64,000 bases of DNA from contig JBNKTL010000004.1 in assembly GCA_050298055.1 (NCBI GenBank), positions 81,335 through 145,334 of the forward strand. Direction: 5' to 3'. Shown here piece after piece: positions 39,338-49,328 of this stretch; position 1 is the stretch's first letter, and the number at the start of each line of letters is the position of its first letter. The notes under the pieces are model-generated. The model searched no databases. It was not told the origin of the DNA and saw nothing but the letters and a program-made list of their open reading frames with translations. The translations under genes were made by a program, and so were the position numbers. This DNA comes from Spirochaetota bacterium. Its GTDB lineage: Bacteria; Spirochaetota; UBA4802; UBA5550.

Positions 39338-39789
39338 TGCCGGAGGTCTATATCGGGATCGGGACGAATATTGGCCACAGGGAAAAGAACCTTCTTGATG
39401 CCATGGAGAGACTGGGCGGTATCAATAAGATTGAGATTACCGGCAAGAGCTCCGTCATGGAAACAGAGCCGGTTGATTATCTTGACCAGCCCTTTTTTCT
39501 GAACCAGGTGGTGAAAATCAGCACCACCCTTGAACCCGGCCCGCTCCTGGATCTGCTGAAAGGCATCGAGTCTGATATGGGGAGGGAAAGCAGTGTCCCC
39601 AAGGGCCCGCGGATCATCGATCTTGATATCCTCCTCTATGATGACAGGATTATAAAAAGTGAAAAGCTGACCATCCCTCATCCGGAGATCGTAAACAGGA
39701 GTTTTGTCCTGGAACATCTTCTTGAGCTTGATCCTGACCTTGTGGACCCGGTTACGGCATTAAAATACAGGGAGGCCGTTAAAAAATAA
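39337..39789 (+). CDS. folK: 2-amino-4-hydroxy-6-hydroxymethyldihydropteridine diphosphokinase
   Basis: YIGIGTNIG, ETEPV, FLNQV, GPRIIDLDILLY, LTIPHP, RSFVL. GTG start overlaps the upstream TAG. Confidence 0.96.
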   Translation: MPEVYIGIGTNIGHREKNLLDAMERLGGINKIEITGKSSVMETEPVDYLDQPFFLNQVVKISTTLEPGPLLDLLKGIESDMGRESSVPKGPRIIDLDILLYDDRIIKSEKLTIPHPEIVNRSFVLEHLLELDPDLVDPVTALKYREAVKK

Positions 39790-39833
39790 GTATGGACCCT
39801 GTGAAAAGACTTTCAGGTTCCGGTTTAACCGGA

Positions 39834-41102
39834 TCAGGCCTTTACAACGGGGATCTCGTCCCACCGGGTCGTATATCTCTTTGAGAGGAAGGCCCGCCTC
39901 ATCTGCCATTTTTTCGATACTCCCTCCGCTGCAAAAGAAAGACTCTCTCTTCCCATGGACCTGTTGATCCTGTCCAGGGTCCGCATCAGTGAGCGGTTCT
40001 CCTCCATCTTCCCGAAGGGGGTGAAGAGATCAAGCTGTGTCTCGCTTTCGGGTGTGATATCGGAGAGCATCACCCCCACCTTCTTGTAGCGGTAGTTCTC
40101 CCTGTATATTTTTTCCAGAAGACCCCCGGCGCATCCCATGAGGAGAGGGGTGTAGGAGGTGGCAACGGGGATTCCGCACCCGGCGGCGTTGGAGTACTGG
40201 GGATCGCCGGTAAAGGGATTGGTTGTTATGAAAACCGTTATGAATGAGGCGATGCTCTTCTCCAGGCGGAGCTTTTCCGCTCCCCGGGAGGTGTATGAGG
40301 CAAGGGCCTCTCTCAGCTGGCCGAGGTCCCGGACGGGGGTCCCGAATGACCGGGAGCAGACAATCCCCTGCTTGGAGGGAGGCGCTTCTTCCAGGGGGAT
40401 GCAGGGTATTCCCCGGAGCTCATAGACTGTCCGGAGCCCCATTATTGTCATGTTTTTCTTTATCCATTTGTCAGGGGCGTCCCGGAGGTGAAGGGCGGTG
40501 GAGATCCCGTTCCTGTGAAGGAGCTTTGTATACTGCCTGCCCACCCCCCACACATGGGAGACCTCTATGCTGTGGAGGAGGGCGTCTGTCTCCGGATGGG
40601 AAGTGATGTTGAATGTTCCCCGGTGTGAGGGGTTCCTCTTGGCAATCATGTTTGCCAGTTTTGCCAGTGTCTTGGTAGGGCCGATACCCACGGAGACGGG
40701 AATGCCGGTCCATTGTTTTACTGTTTCCCTTATGGTCCTGCCCGTGCGAAGGATGCCCGGGCCGGCATCCTCCAGCAGGAGAAATGCCTCATCTATGGAG
40801 TAGACCTCCATCTCCGGGGTGAAGGTTGCCAGGCACTCCATGACCCGCCTGGACATGTCTCCGTAGAGGGTGTAGTTGGATGAAAAAACGGCTATCCCCT
40901 CCTTTTTAATGAGAGGCTTCAGCCGGAAGTAGGGTTCCCCGAAGGGCATCCCCATTTTCTTCACCTCCTCCGATCGCGCCACAACATTTCCGTCGTTGTT
41001 GGAGAGCACCACCACCGGGGACCTCCAGAGGGAGGGGTCGAAGACCCTTTCGCAGGATATATAAAAATTGTTGCAGTCCACAAGGGCATAAACTCCCTTC
41101 AT
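39834..41102 (-). CDS. umuC: Y-family DNA polymerase V subunit UmuC
   Basis: [44 protein letters not shown]-terminal [16 protein letters not shown]. Confidence 0.96.
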   Translation of the reverse strand: MKGVYALVDCNNFYISCERVFDPSLWRSPVVVLSNNDGNVVARSEEVKKMGMPFGEPYFRLKPLIKKEGIAVFSSNYTLYGDMSRRVMECLATFTPEMEVYSIDEAFLLLEDAGPGILRTGRTIRETVKQWTGIPVSVGIGPTKTLAKLANMIAKRNPSHRGTFNITSHPETDALLHSIEVSHVWGVGRQYTKLLHRNGISTALHLRDAPDKWIKKNMTIMGLRTVYELRGIPCIPLEEAPPSKQGIVCSRSFGTPVRDLGQLREALASYTSRGAEKLRLEKSIASFITVFITTNPFTGDPQYSNAAGCGIPVATSYTPLLMGCAGGLLEKIYRENYRYKKVGVMLSDITPESETQLDLFTPFGKMEENRSLMRTLDRINRSMGRESLSFAAEGVSKKWQMRRAFLSKRYTTRWDEIPVVKA

Positions 41103-41107
41103 TCCTG

Positions 41108-41548
41108 TTACCTCACTGTATGTATGACATGTATCACAACCCCCCACACCTCGAAACCGGATTCGGGGCCTACGGCTATGGGTGCGTAGCGGGGATTTTC
41201 GGCTTTGAGGAACGCCCTGTTGCCCTGGATAATAAGCCGCTTTACGGTGAGTTCGCCGTCCAGGGCCGCTATGACAATGCTGTTGCTCACAGGTGTCTCG
41301 GCCCTGTCCACTATCAGGGTGTCCCCTGAGTATATTCCCGCCCCTGTCATGGAATCACCCGATACCTTTACGAAAAATGTTGCTGAGGGATGCTTTATGA
41401 GCAGCTCATTAAGGTCCAGTCTTCTGTCAATATAGTCATCGGCAGGGGAGGGGAAGCCTGCGGATATCCGTGCGGCAAAGAGGGGAAGTCTTATCCGGGT
41501 GTTGCATTTCACCCTGTAGATAGCTTTTCCGGTAAAGGGGTTGTTCAT
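41108..41548 (-). CDS. umuD: DNA polymerase V autoproteolytic subunit UmuD
   Basis: [12 protein letters not shown] (cleavage site), VSGDSM (catalytic Ser), ELTVKRL (catalytic Lys). Confidence 0.96.
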   Translation of the reverse strand: MNNPFTGKAIYRVKCNTRIRLPLFAARISAGFPSPADDYIDRRLDLNELLIKHPSATFFVKVSGDSMTGAGIYSGDTLIVDRAETPVSNSIVIAALDGELTVKRLIIQGNRAFLKAENPRYAPIAVGPESGFEVWGVVIHVIHTVR

Positions 41549-41580
41549 AGGTCTTTTTGTCTCCTGTTGCGGGGAATCCG

Positions 41581-41900
41581 GGGGTCGGAGCCCTGTCTTA
41601 ATAATATCAATATAATAAAGAGCGGGTATATGTCAACAAATGTTTAGTATGTTTTTCAGGAAAAGTCCAGGGGTCAGAGCAAAAATTTTTGGATTAAGAA
41701 AACAAAAAAATGGGGGTCAGAGCAGAATCTAATGTGACATAATCCTGGATAGAAGAGAAAAATTAATCTGTTGTGGGTCCTTAAAAGATAATTGTATGTG
41801 AATTTTACCGATGCTCTGACCCTTTGCTTAGTTTTGAGGCGGTATTTGCCAAGTGCTCTGACCCTGATTCCCGGTTTGAATTTGCCGGTTGCTCTGGTCC
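41581..41900. repeat. Inverted array of short GGGGTCAGAGC / GCTCTGACCC repeats
   Basis: Forward copies at 41581, 41670, 41713; reverse copies at 41813, 41855 and a degenerate one at 41891. Confidence 0.75.
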
Positions 41901-41920
41901 TCCGGTTTCGTATATTTTTT

Positions 41921-42589
41921 TTAATCTACCGGGACTATGCATTCAGGTGAGTTGTTTTTCGGTGAATTGACCAGGTCAGATACAGGGTGATACTTCATTT
42001 CATGAGAAGGGAAGGGTTTCAGAAGGGAAATGACTTCTTCAGCGGGGTGGTTCTCCGTATCCAGCCAGGTGTTAATATCCTGTTCATGGAGGATCACAGG
42101 CATCCTGTTGTGTATCGGCTCAAGGAGCCTGTTGGGGGTTGTGGTAATTATGGTGCATGTTTCCAGGACTTTCTTCTCTCCCGATACCCACTTTTCATGC
42201 AGACCGGCCATTACCATAAGTTTCTTGTCTTCAAGGTATACGTAAACAGGATGTTTCCCCTTTTTCTTTTTTTCCCATTCGAAGAAGCCGCCGGCAACAA
42301 TCAGGCATCTCCTGGCAGAGAGTGCCTTTTTAAAGCCCGGTTTTTCCCCAATGGTTTCAGCCCGTGCATTAATCATCCTGTACCCTGTTTTCGGGTCCTT
42401 TGCCCAGTGAGGGACCAGGCCCCACCTGAAGTCTTTCAGTATCCTTTTCTTATTGCAAAAGACAATTGATGGTATGGAGTTTCCCGGAGCAACATTATAG
42501 CTGGGTTTCGCAGAAGAATATATTTCATCGATGTCATAGTATTCTGCAATGATATTAAGGTATTCGGTATTTGCAAATCTTCCGCACAT
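41921..42589 (-). CDS. SOS response-associated peptidase (SRAP, YedK/HMCES-like)
   Basis: N-terminal MCGRF, YNVAP, WGLVPHW, INARAET, RRCLI, GFFEW, IHNRMPVIL. Confidence 0.95.
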   Translation of the reverse strand: MCGRFANTEYLNIIAEYYDIDEIYSSAKPSYNVAPGNSIPSIVFCNKKRILKDFRWGLVPHWAKDPKTGYRMINARAETIGEKPGFKKALSARRCLIVAGGFFEWEKKKKGKHPVYVYLEDKKLMVMAGLHEKWVSGEKKVLETCTIITTTPNRLLEPIHNRMPVILHEQDINTWLDTENHPAEEVISLLKPFPSHEMKYHPVSDLVNSPKNNSPECIVPVD

Positions 42590-43078
42590 TTTTTAATCCA
42601 TCAGCCTGTATCTGTTGTTCATAATATACAGTGGATGGTCAAAATTAAAGAAAAAAAGATTTGTACCTGATATTTTTTTTACCGGTTGGTAACTATTCAG
42701 CTATCTGACTAAAAATATGGGGGACACATCAGTTATTTTTTTCTGTTAACATGTCAATTTTTATACAGAGCTGAGTTGTAATAATTTTTAAAAATTTATT
42801 TTTTTAGAATATTCTTAATATATAAAAATAAAGAAAAAATTTTATCTTGACATTTCTCTTATTTCTTTTATCTTTTTAGAAATAAGAAAATCATCCCAAT
42901 AACAGAGGTTTTAATTGCTGAAAAGGTCTTGTTTTCTTTTTCAAGTGCATGAGTTTTTGTTTTGCAGATAATAAGTGCTTTTTAAGCGGGGTTAAATAAA
43001 TTAGCAATTACTAAAAAATTTATTGACGCCGATTAAGATAAATTCTATGTATTCAAAAATTTAAAACGGAGGAAAAGT

Positions 43079-43324
43079 ATGAAGAAGTTTTTAACTCTTA
43101 TTGCAGCAGTAGCGATAATGATTTCATTATCATCTGCTGACCTTATGGCTACAAAAAAGATTAAAAAAGCCCATGATGGTAAAAAAGGCAAAGACGGAGC
43201 TAAAATTAGCTGTTCTTACTGCCACAAAAAGGCCAAAGTCCCCAAGCTGAAAAAACCTAAAAAATACACAGGACAAAAAACAAATCCTTATTGTATGAAA
43301 TGTCATGCAAAAATGAAGAAATAA
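43079..43324 (+). CDS. Small basic di-heme cytochrome c
   Basis: GGAGG RBS; signal peptide; CSYCH and CMKCH; lysine-rich; 81 aa. Confidence 0.85.
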   Translation: MKKFLTLIAAVAIMISLSSADLMATKKIKKAHDGKKGKDGAKISCSYCHKKAKVPKLKKPKKYTGQKTNPYCMKCHAKMKK

Positions 43325-43360
43325 CCAGATATAATCTATATCTACTGGTTCATTAAATGA

Positions 43361-43387
43361 GGATGTCTTTAAGACATCCCTTTTTTT
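43361..43387 (+). terminator. Intrinsic terminator
   Basis: GGATGTCTT-T-AAGACATCC inverted repeat followed by CTTTTTTT. Confidence 0.75.
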
Positions 43388-43711
43388 GTCTTCATAAAAG
43401 ACCTGTTTATTGTTGATCTCTACGTGATTTTATCATACAGCTGAGTAGCAACTACACAGGCACAGGTTATAAGTACAACCAGTCATAAAAAAATATTGAC
43501 AAAAAATTAAAAATATGTAGATTGAGCAGAGATGAAAAGATTTGCCTGAAAAATAATTTTTCACTATTTTCATAATTCCAGGTATCAAGTTATACAGGTC
43601 ATACAGATCAGTTTTTGGAACATGATGGCTATCTGTATAAATACATAAAAAGCGATTTAATCCCAACATATTATAGTTTAGTTGCTCTATTAAATAGAGG
43701 GGAGTGCTTTT

Positions 43712-45577
43712 GTGATAAAAATTTTAACCTACATATTCTATAGGAAAAATATTATATGTAAACTGTCTGGTGTTCTGAAACACCCATTGCTTTTGCTATT
43801 GGTTATTCTGTTCATAAACGCCTGCAGCGTCCTGAGAGATCAATTATCCGGGGAAAACAGCTCATGTGCCGCATCAGACTGCCACATTTTTACTGTTCTG
43901 AAAACTTATCCTCCGTTAAGCGGAAAACATGCTCTCCACCTCTCCCGGGATAATATCTTTTGTGACAATTGCCACAGTAACTATAATTCATTCCTCTCCC
44001 ATAAGAACGGGACGGTTGATGGATACAGCACTTCCGTTAATATTGTATCTTTCGATTCAATTAATCCTTCCGCTTCCTGGAATAATTCCACAACAAGCTG
44101 TGAAAACCTCTCCTGTCATACAAATGCCGACTGGTACGGTACGGCATCATTCGGTTGCACCGGCTGTCACTATGGCGGTAGCGGGATAGATCCTGTTTTA
44201 ATCAACGGAAACGGTATAGAGGGGAAACATCAGAAACATGTTTCGGACATGGGGATACCCTGTGAGAAGTGCCATTTTAACTATAAGAGCATGTTGACCC
44301 ATGCCGACGGTTCTCTTGATACCGATAACAGTTCGGTTCTTATGACATACTTTGATACCTCCAATCCTTCCGGTTCCTGGACGGGAGATACCGGAGCTCA
44401 TACCGGAAGCTGCGCTTCTCTGGCGTGTCACGGAACATCAACCCTGGATTGGTACGGCTCTAATACATGGGTCCTCCCGGCATGTGATTCATGCCACGGT
44501 GCACCGGCAGGGAACAGGAGGCAGGTGACCGGAACGGGAGGTGATTTTGCAGGTAACAGCTCCATCCTCTCCCTGCATGTGCGGGGAAGTTCCGATCCCA
44601 CGGATGAGCAGTGTCAGGTGTGTCATGAAATGTCTGCCCACACGGGGGGGACTGTCCGACTGAAAAATGCGGATAACGGAGCGGCAATAGTATACGACTC
44701 TTCCGATATATCCTCTCTTGAACCATTCTGTCTCAGCTGTCACGATTCGGATGGCGCCCTGTCCGGTTACGCATCTGGGGGATCTGCAGATAATCCCTTC
44801 AGTGACGGTAATAATCTCGGGATGCCCCCATATCCTTATTCAAAAAGAATTTCCGTAAGCTGGAATAAAGTTAACGGTCACGGTCCCAACGGAGGTCATG
44901 GGCAGGGAGACAGGCTTACCTGTCTTGGTACCGGGGAACCGGGAACCGGCTGCCATGGCAATAACGGGAGTATAAATGCTCACGGTTCCACCTGGGATGC
45001 AATAAGTACAAAGGAATTCAAATATGATCTTCCGGACAGCTATTCCGAAAGCTATTTTGATCTCTGTTTCAACTGCCATGCAGGCTACCCCGGTGTTACC
45101 AAAGAGGATATATTCGGTGTTAAGCCGGGTGGAGTATTTGACTGGGATTACGGTCCTTCCGGAGGACCTAACGGCAACAACCCGCCCTATTATACCGGTG
45201 CAACGACCACCCATTTTGCCGATATGGGAGATACCGGATCGGGGCTTTTTTATGATGATTCTTTCTGGGGTGATCAGATGAATCTTCACTGGTCCCATAT
45301 AGGTATTCAGGCATCTGACTACAGGGGGACCGGTGTTGATTCCGGCATAACCTGTGTAAACTGCCATGATGTCCATGGTACCTCTACAGTATACGGAATG
45401 GTTTATTCCGAGATAGGGTATAGTAATGGAGCCGGTGCCGGTCCGGATATTTACGGTAAAATGAATGATGGCTTTCCGGGAAATACAAGCGGGTATCCTG
45501 CATATTGTGGTGGTTTTGCATGCCATGATGTATTTACAGGTTCCATGCATGTGTGGTTTTACCCCATGAACGAGTAG
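43712..45577 (+). CDS. Multiheme cytochrome c lipoprotein (~13 heme motifs; CxxxxCH...CxxCH type)
   Basis: Lipobox INAC; hand count of 8 CxxCH, 4 CxxxxCH and 1 Cx9CH. Confidence 0.92.
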   Translation: MIKILTYIFYRKNIICKLSGVLKHPLLLLLVILFINACSVLRDQLSGENSSCAASDCHIFTVLKTYPPLSGKHALHLSRDNIFCDNCHSNYNSFLSHKNGTVDGYSTSVNIVSFDSINPSASWNNSTTSCENLSCHTNADWYGTASFGCTGCHYGGSGIDPVLINGNGIEGKHQKHVSDMGIPCEKCHFNYKSMLTHADGSLDTDNSSVLMTYFDTSNPSGSWTGDTGAHTGSCASLACHGTSTLDWYGSNTWVLPACDSCHGAPAGNRRQVTGTGGDFAGNSSILSLHVRGSSDPTDEQCQVCHEMSAHTGGTVRLKNADNGAAIVYDSSDISSLEPFCLSCHDSDGALSGYASGGSADNPFSDGNNLGMPPYPYSKRISVSWNKVNGHGPNGGHGQGDRLTCLGTGEPGTGCHGNNGSINAHGSTWDAISTKEFKYDLPDSYSESYFDLCFNCHAGYPGVTKEDIFGVKPGGVFDWDYGPSGGPNGNNPPYYTGATTTHFADMGDTGSGLFYDDSFWGDQMNLHWSHIGIQASDYRGTGVDSGITCVNCHDVHGTSTVYGMVYSEIGYSNGAGAGPDIYGKMNDGFPGNTSGYPAYCGGFACHDVFTGSMHVWFYPMNE

Positions 45578-45765
45578 TGCCGGGGTATGAGGTGAAAATT
45601 TATTACCATTAATACTTATTATGAAAAAATATATTGACAAAATTTTAAAAATATGCACGTTATTTTTTTTCAGGGATTTCTCGATTAAAAAAAGATCACA
45701 GCAAAATGGAGAGTTTTATTTTTGCAGATATTGCTCGGTAAATAATTCAACGGGATTAACTTATT

Positions 45766-48700
45766 ATGAATCAATCACATATATTCCTTAAGTTATCATG
45801 GTTACTGGCCACAGGATTCCTGATTTTATTCATTACTGCCTGCAGTGACCTCAAAGACACGGTTTCCCAACAGGGGAATAACTGCGCTGCTTCCGATTGT
45901 CATACCTCAACACTTCTTAAGCAGTATCCCCCCGATTCCGGTCGGCACACAGAACACCTTTCTACAGGGTTAAGCTGTGACAGCTGTCATTTTAACTATA
46001 ATGAAAATGCCCTCCACAAGAACGGAGTAAAGGATACGGATACCGGGGAGGTGATTGTTTTCTTTAATCTAAAGAACACAGCTGTTTCCTGGAACCAGCG
46101 GATAACAACATGTGAAAATAATTCCTGTCATAAAGATGCTGACTGGTACGGATCGGCCGTTTTCGGATGTACCGACTGCCATTCTGTTCCTGAAAGCGGA
46201 TCGCACAAAAAGCATTCCGGAGATCTTTCCTATGAATGCACGGAGTGTCATAACGGGTACCGGTATGATCCTTCGCATACAAACGGGACCCTTGATAACC
46301 CGGACAGTTCGCCGGGCATGATGAGTTTCGGTACCCTTAATCCATCCGGATCTTACGATAACAGTACCGATACCTGTTCAAACCTTCAGTGTCACGGATC
46401 AGGCACACCCCGCTGGGGGAGCAGTTCCGAATGCGGAAGCTGCCACGGGAATCCCCCTCTCACCGGGGCTCATTCAAAGCATGTGACCGATTCCGGTTTA
46501 GCATGTAATGAATGCCACCTTGAAAGGGGAAGCGGTACCTCGTATCATGCAGATGGAAATCCTGACGTTAATGTCACAACGGCAGTCAATCCTTCGGGCA
46601 ACTATACTCCGGGAGTCCTCCCGGGCACGGGTACCTGCGACAGCCTCTACTGCCACGGATCGGATACACCTGCATGGGACGGAACGGTCTCCTGCGGAAG
46701 CTGTCATGGGACTCCTCCCGCTACCGGTGCGCATTTGCGGCATGTGAATGATATGGGGTACAGCTGCAGCAAATGTCATAACGGGAATGTCCACGGAAGT
46801 ATGGCGGTAGAAGTGGGTTTCGATGCCACTAATCCCTCGGGGAACTATGTTCCGGGAAGCAGCCCCGGTACAGGCACCTGCAACAGCCTCTCCTGTCACG
46901 GGTCCGGTTCGCCTGCGTGGGACGGTACCATAACATGTGATGGCTGCCACGGGAACCCGCCCCTCACCGGGGCTCATTCAAAGCATGTGACCGATTCCGG
47001 TTTAGCATGTAATGAATGCCACCTGGAAAGGGGAAGCGGTACCTCGTATCATGCAGATGGAAACCCTGACGTTAATGTCACTACGGCAGTCAATCCTTCA
47101 GGCAACTATACTCCGGGAGTCCTGCCGGGTACGGGTACCTGCGACAGCCTCTACTGTCACGGATCGGATACACCTGCATGGGACGGAACGGTCTCCTGCG
47201 GAAGCTGTCATGGGACTCCTCCCGCTACCGGTGCGCATCTGCGGCATGTGAATGATCTGGGGTACAGCTGCAGCAAATGTCATAACGGGAGTGTCCATGG
47301 AAGTATGGCGGTAGAAGTGGATTTCGATGCCACTAATCCCTCGGGGAACTATGTTCCGGGCAGCAGCCCCGGTACAGGCACCTGCAACAGCCTCTACTGT
47401 CACGGGTCCGGCTCTCCTGCGTGGGACGGTACCATTACATGTGATGGCTGCCACGGGAACCCGCCCCTCACCGGGTCTCATTCAAAGCATGTGACTGAAT
47501 CCGGGTATGAATGCAGCCAGTGCCATTTCAGCAGGGGGAGCGGTACTTCATATCATGTAAATGGAAATCCCGATATTAATTTCAATTCTTCGCACAGCCC
47601 CAGCGGTCACTATTCGGAGGGAGCCTGTTCGAATATCTACTGTCACGGGAATTTTACGGGAGGTAATAACGGGACCATACAGCCGGTATGGGGGGAAACG
47701 GTAAGTTGTTCAACTAACAGCTGTCATGGGGGAAATGCCAGTGGAAACCCCGCATGTTCGTCTGTACCTGACTCAAAACACGGGACCCATATATCGGCTA
47801 TCATGAACATGAACAATCCGTCAACCGGTTTAGTCTATACCGAGGAAGAATCCTGTTCCGTTTGTCACAGCGGCCATGGTTACGGAACATCAAGCCATAT
47901 AAATATGAAAGTTGATGCGGCATTTGACTATACACCGCCGGAAGGCCTTGCGGGGACCATTCTCTCCGGGGGGGATTATGACACCATTTCGGGAAAATTC
48001 CAGAATATTGCCTGCAGCAGCACATATTGCCACGGGAACTTTGCAGGTGGGAATGCCGTTACGGTCAACTGGGGCGAATCGGTTTCCGACCCGGGATGGT
48101 GCGGGAGCTGCCATACGACATCTCCGGTGAGCGTAAAACATTCGGAACACCTTGCCCTTTACCCGGGGGAGTGCGGGTACTGTCATCAGGGGTATACTTC
48201 TTCATCTGCTCCGGCCGGTCATGTGTCGCTGGTGAAAGATGTTAAATTTAACTATCCTCATTCACTGTCAATATCATCGTCATATGACAACGCTACAAAA
48301 ACCTGCTCGGGTGTCTACTGTCACGGGAATTTTCCCCCGGTAACCTATACGAACAGGTATGATGTGACAGCTGTAATAAATCCCGGTAACAGTGACAACC
48401 CGGTCTGGCAGGATTCTTCAACGGCCCCCTGTGGTTCATGTCACGGGAATCCGGATAACAATTATTCATCGTTAACTCACGGCGGGCATACAGATGCAAT
48501 AAGATCTTATGCAAAATCCATATTTTTCGGGAACCCCCTGAGTATTGAAAGCTGTGATGCCTGTCATAACTATGGGGACGACACCGAAAGATCTTTTGAT
48601 ACTACCAGTACCCAGGGAAGTTACAATACCGTAAATCATGCTGATTTTTCCATTAACGATTCGGGAGTCAATGATGATGTTAACTTTAAGGCGGATGACT

Positions 48701-48978
48701 CAGACCTTGCTTCCCGTATAGGAAGTCTTGTGGCCTCAAAAACCAGCTGGGACCCTGCCACCACCACATGTTCAAATTCCTGGTGTCACGGGAACTTTTC
48801 CAATGGTGTTGACATCACCGGTTATAACGGGACGCCAGACTGGCTTAACGGGACAACCGGAACCTGCGGTACGGAGGCATGTCACAGTTCAGATATCCAT
48901 GGCAATTACGGATGCGGCGGTCATTGTCACGGTTCCAGCCCCAATGCGGAGCATGTGAACGGAACAATCGGTTTTTAA
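45766..48978 (+). CDS. Large multiheme cytochrome c lipoprotein (~32 heme motifs)
   Basis: Lipobox ITAC; hand count of 18 CxxCH, 13 CxxxxCH and 1 CxxxCH, in repeating three-heme modules of the Geobacter CxxxxCH...CxxCH class. Confidence 0.93.
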   Translation: MNQSHIFLKLSWLLATGFLILFITACSDLKDTVSQQGNNCAASDCHTSTLLKQYPPDSGRHTEHLSTGLSCDSCHFNYNENALHKNGVKDTDTGEVIVFFNLKNTAVSWNQRITTCENNSCHKDADWYGSAVFGCTDCHSVPESGSHKKHSGDLSYECTECHNGYRYDPSHTNGTLDNPDSSPGMMSFGTLNPSGSYDNSTDTCSNLQCHGSGTPRWGSSSECGSCHGNPPLTGAHSKHVTDSGLACNECHLERGSGTSYHADGNPDVNVTTAVNPSGNYTPGVLPGTGTCDSLYCHGSDTPAWDGTVSCGSCHGTPPATGAHLRHVNDMGYSCSKCHNGNVHGSMAVEVGFDATNPSGNYVPGSSPGTGTCNSLSCHGSGSPAWDGTITCDGCHGNPPLTGAHSKHVTDSGLACNECHLERGSGTSYHADGNPDVNVTTAVNPSGNYTPGVLPGTGTCDSLYCHGSDTPAWDGTVSCGSCHGTPPATGAHLRHVNDLGYSCSKCHNGSVHGSMAVEVDFDATNPSGNYVPGSSPGTGTCNSLYCHGSGSPAWDGTITCDGCHGNPPLTGSHSKHVTESGYECSQCHFSRGSGTSYHVNGNPDINFNSSHSPSGHYSEGACSNIYCHGNFTGGNNGTIQPVWGETVSCSTNSCHGGNASGNPACSSVPDSKHGTHISAIMNMNNPSTGLVYTEEESCSVCHSGHGYGTSSHINMKVDAAFDYTPPEGLAGTILSGGDYDTISGKFQNIACSSTYCHGNFAGGNAVTVNWGESVSDPGWCGSCHTTSPVSVKHSEHLALYPGECGYCHQGYTSSSAPAGHVSLVKDVKFNYPHSLSISSSYDNATKTCSGVYCHGNFPPVTYTNRYDVTAVINPGNSDNPVWQDSSTAPCGSCHGNPDNNYSSLTHGGHTDAIRSYAKSIFFGNPLSIESCDACHNYGDDTERSFDTTSTQGSYNTVNHADFSINDSGVNDDVNFKADDSDLASRIGSLVASKTSWDPATTTCSNSWCHGNFSNGVDITGYNGTPDWLNGTTGTCGTEACHSSDIHGNYGCGGHCHGSSPNAEHVNGTIGF
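46439..47580 (+). repeat. 504-bp (168-codon) intragenic tandem repeat: two near-identical copies plus a partial third
   Basis: GCTGCCACGGGAA...CTCACCGGG...CATTCAAAGCATGTGAC starts at 46439, 46943 and 47447. Confidence 0.92.
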
Positions 48979-49328
48979 CAGGCAGCGATGAGTCCTTTTA
49001 TTTACTTCAGACTGAGAGGGGCTTTTTTGGTGGTTGGGTATCAACTCTGAATATCCGAATCACTCAATTGTCATTGGCAGAGATTAACAACTGCCGGGGG
49101 TTGATTTTCAGATTAACAGTTTCTTCTAAATTAGTAAAATACTAAACAAAAAATAATTTATGATTATAAAAAATGCTTGCAAAAAGAGAAGACGGGAAAT
49201 CTTCTTGAAGTAATTACATATTTAAAACTGTTCCAGCCAAAAGATTGAGAAAAATACACAGATCATTTGGAAGAGCTGCAAATTAATAAACATTCAATTT
49301 TACTAAAAGTATTCGGGTGTTACTCGTT

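Noticed and set aside
41581..41900. CRISPR array
   Set aside because: Repeats are about 11 bp, irregularly spaced and switch orientation; no cas genes in the window.
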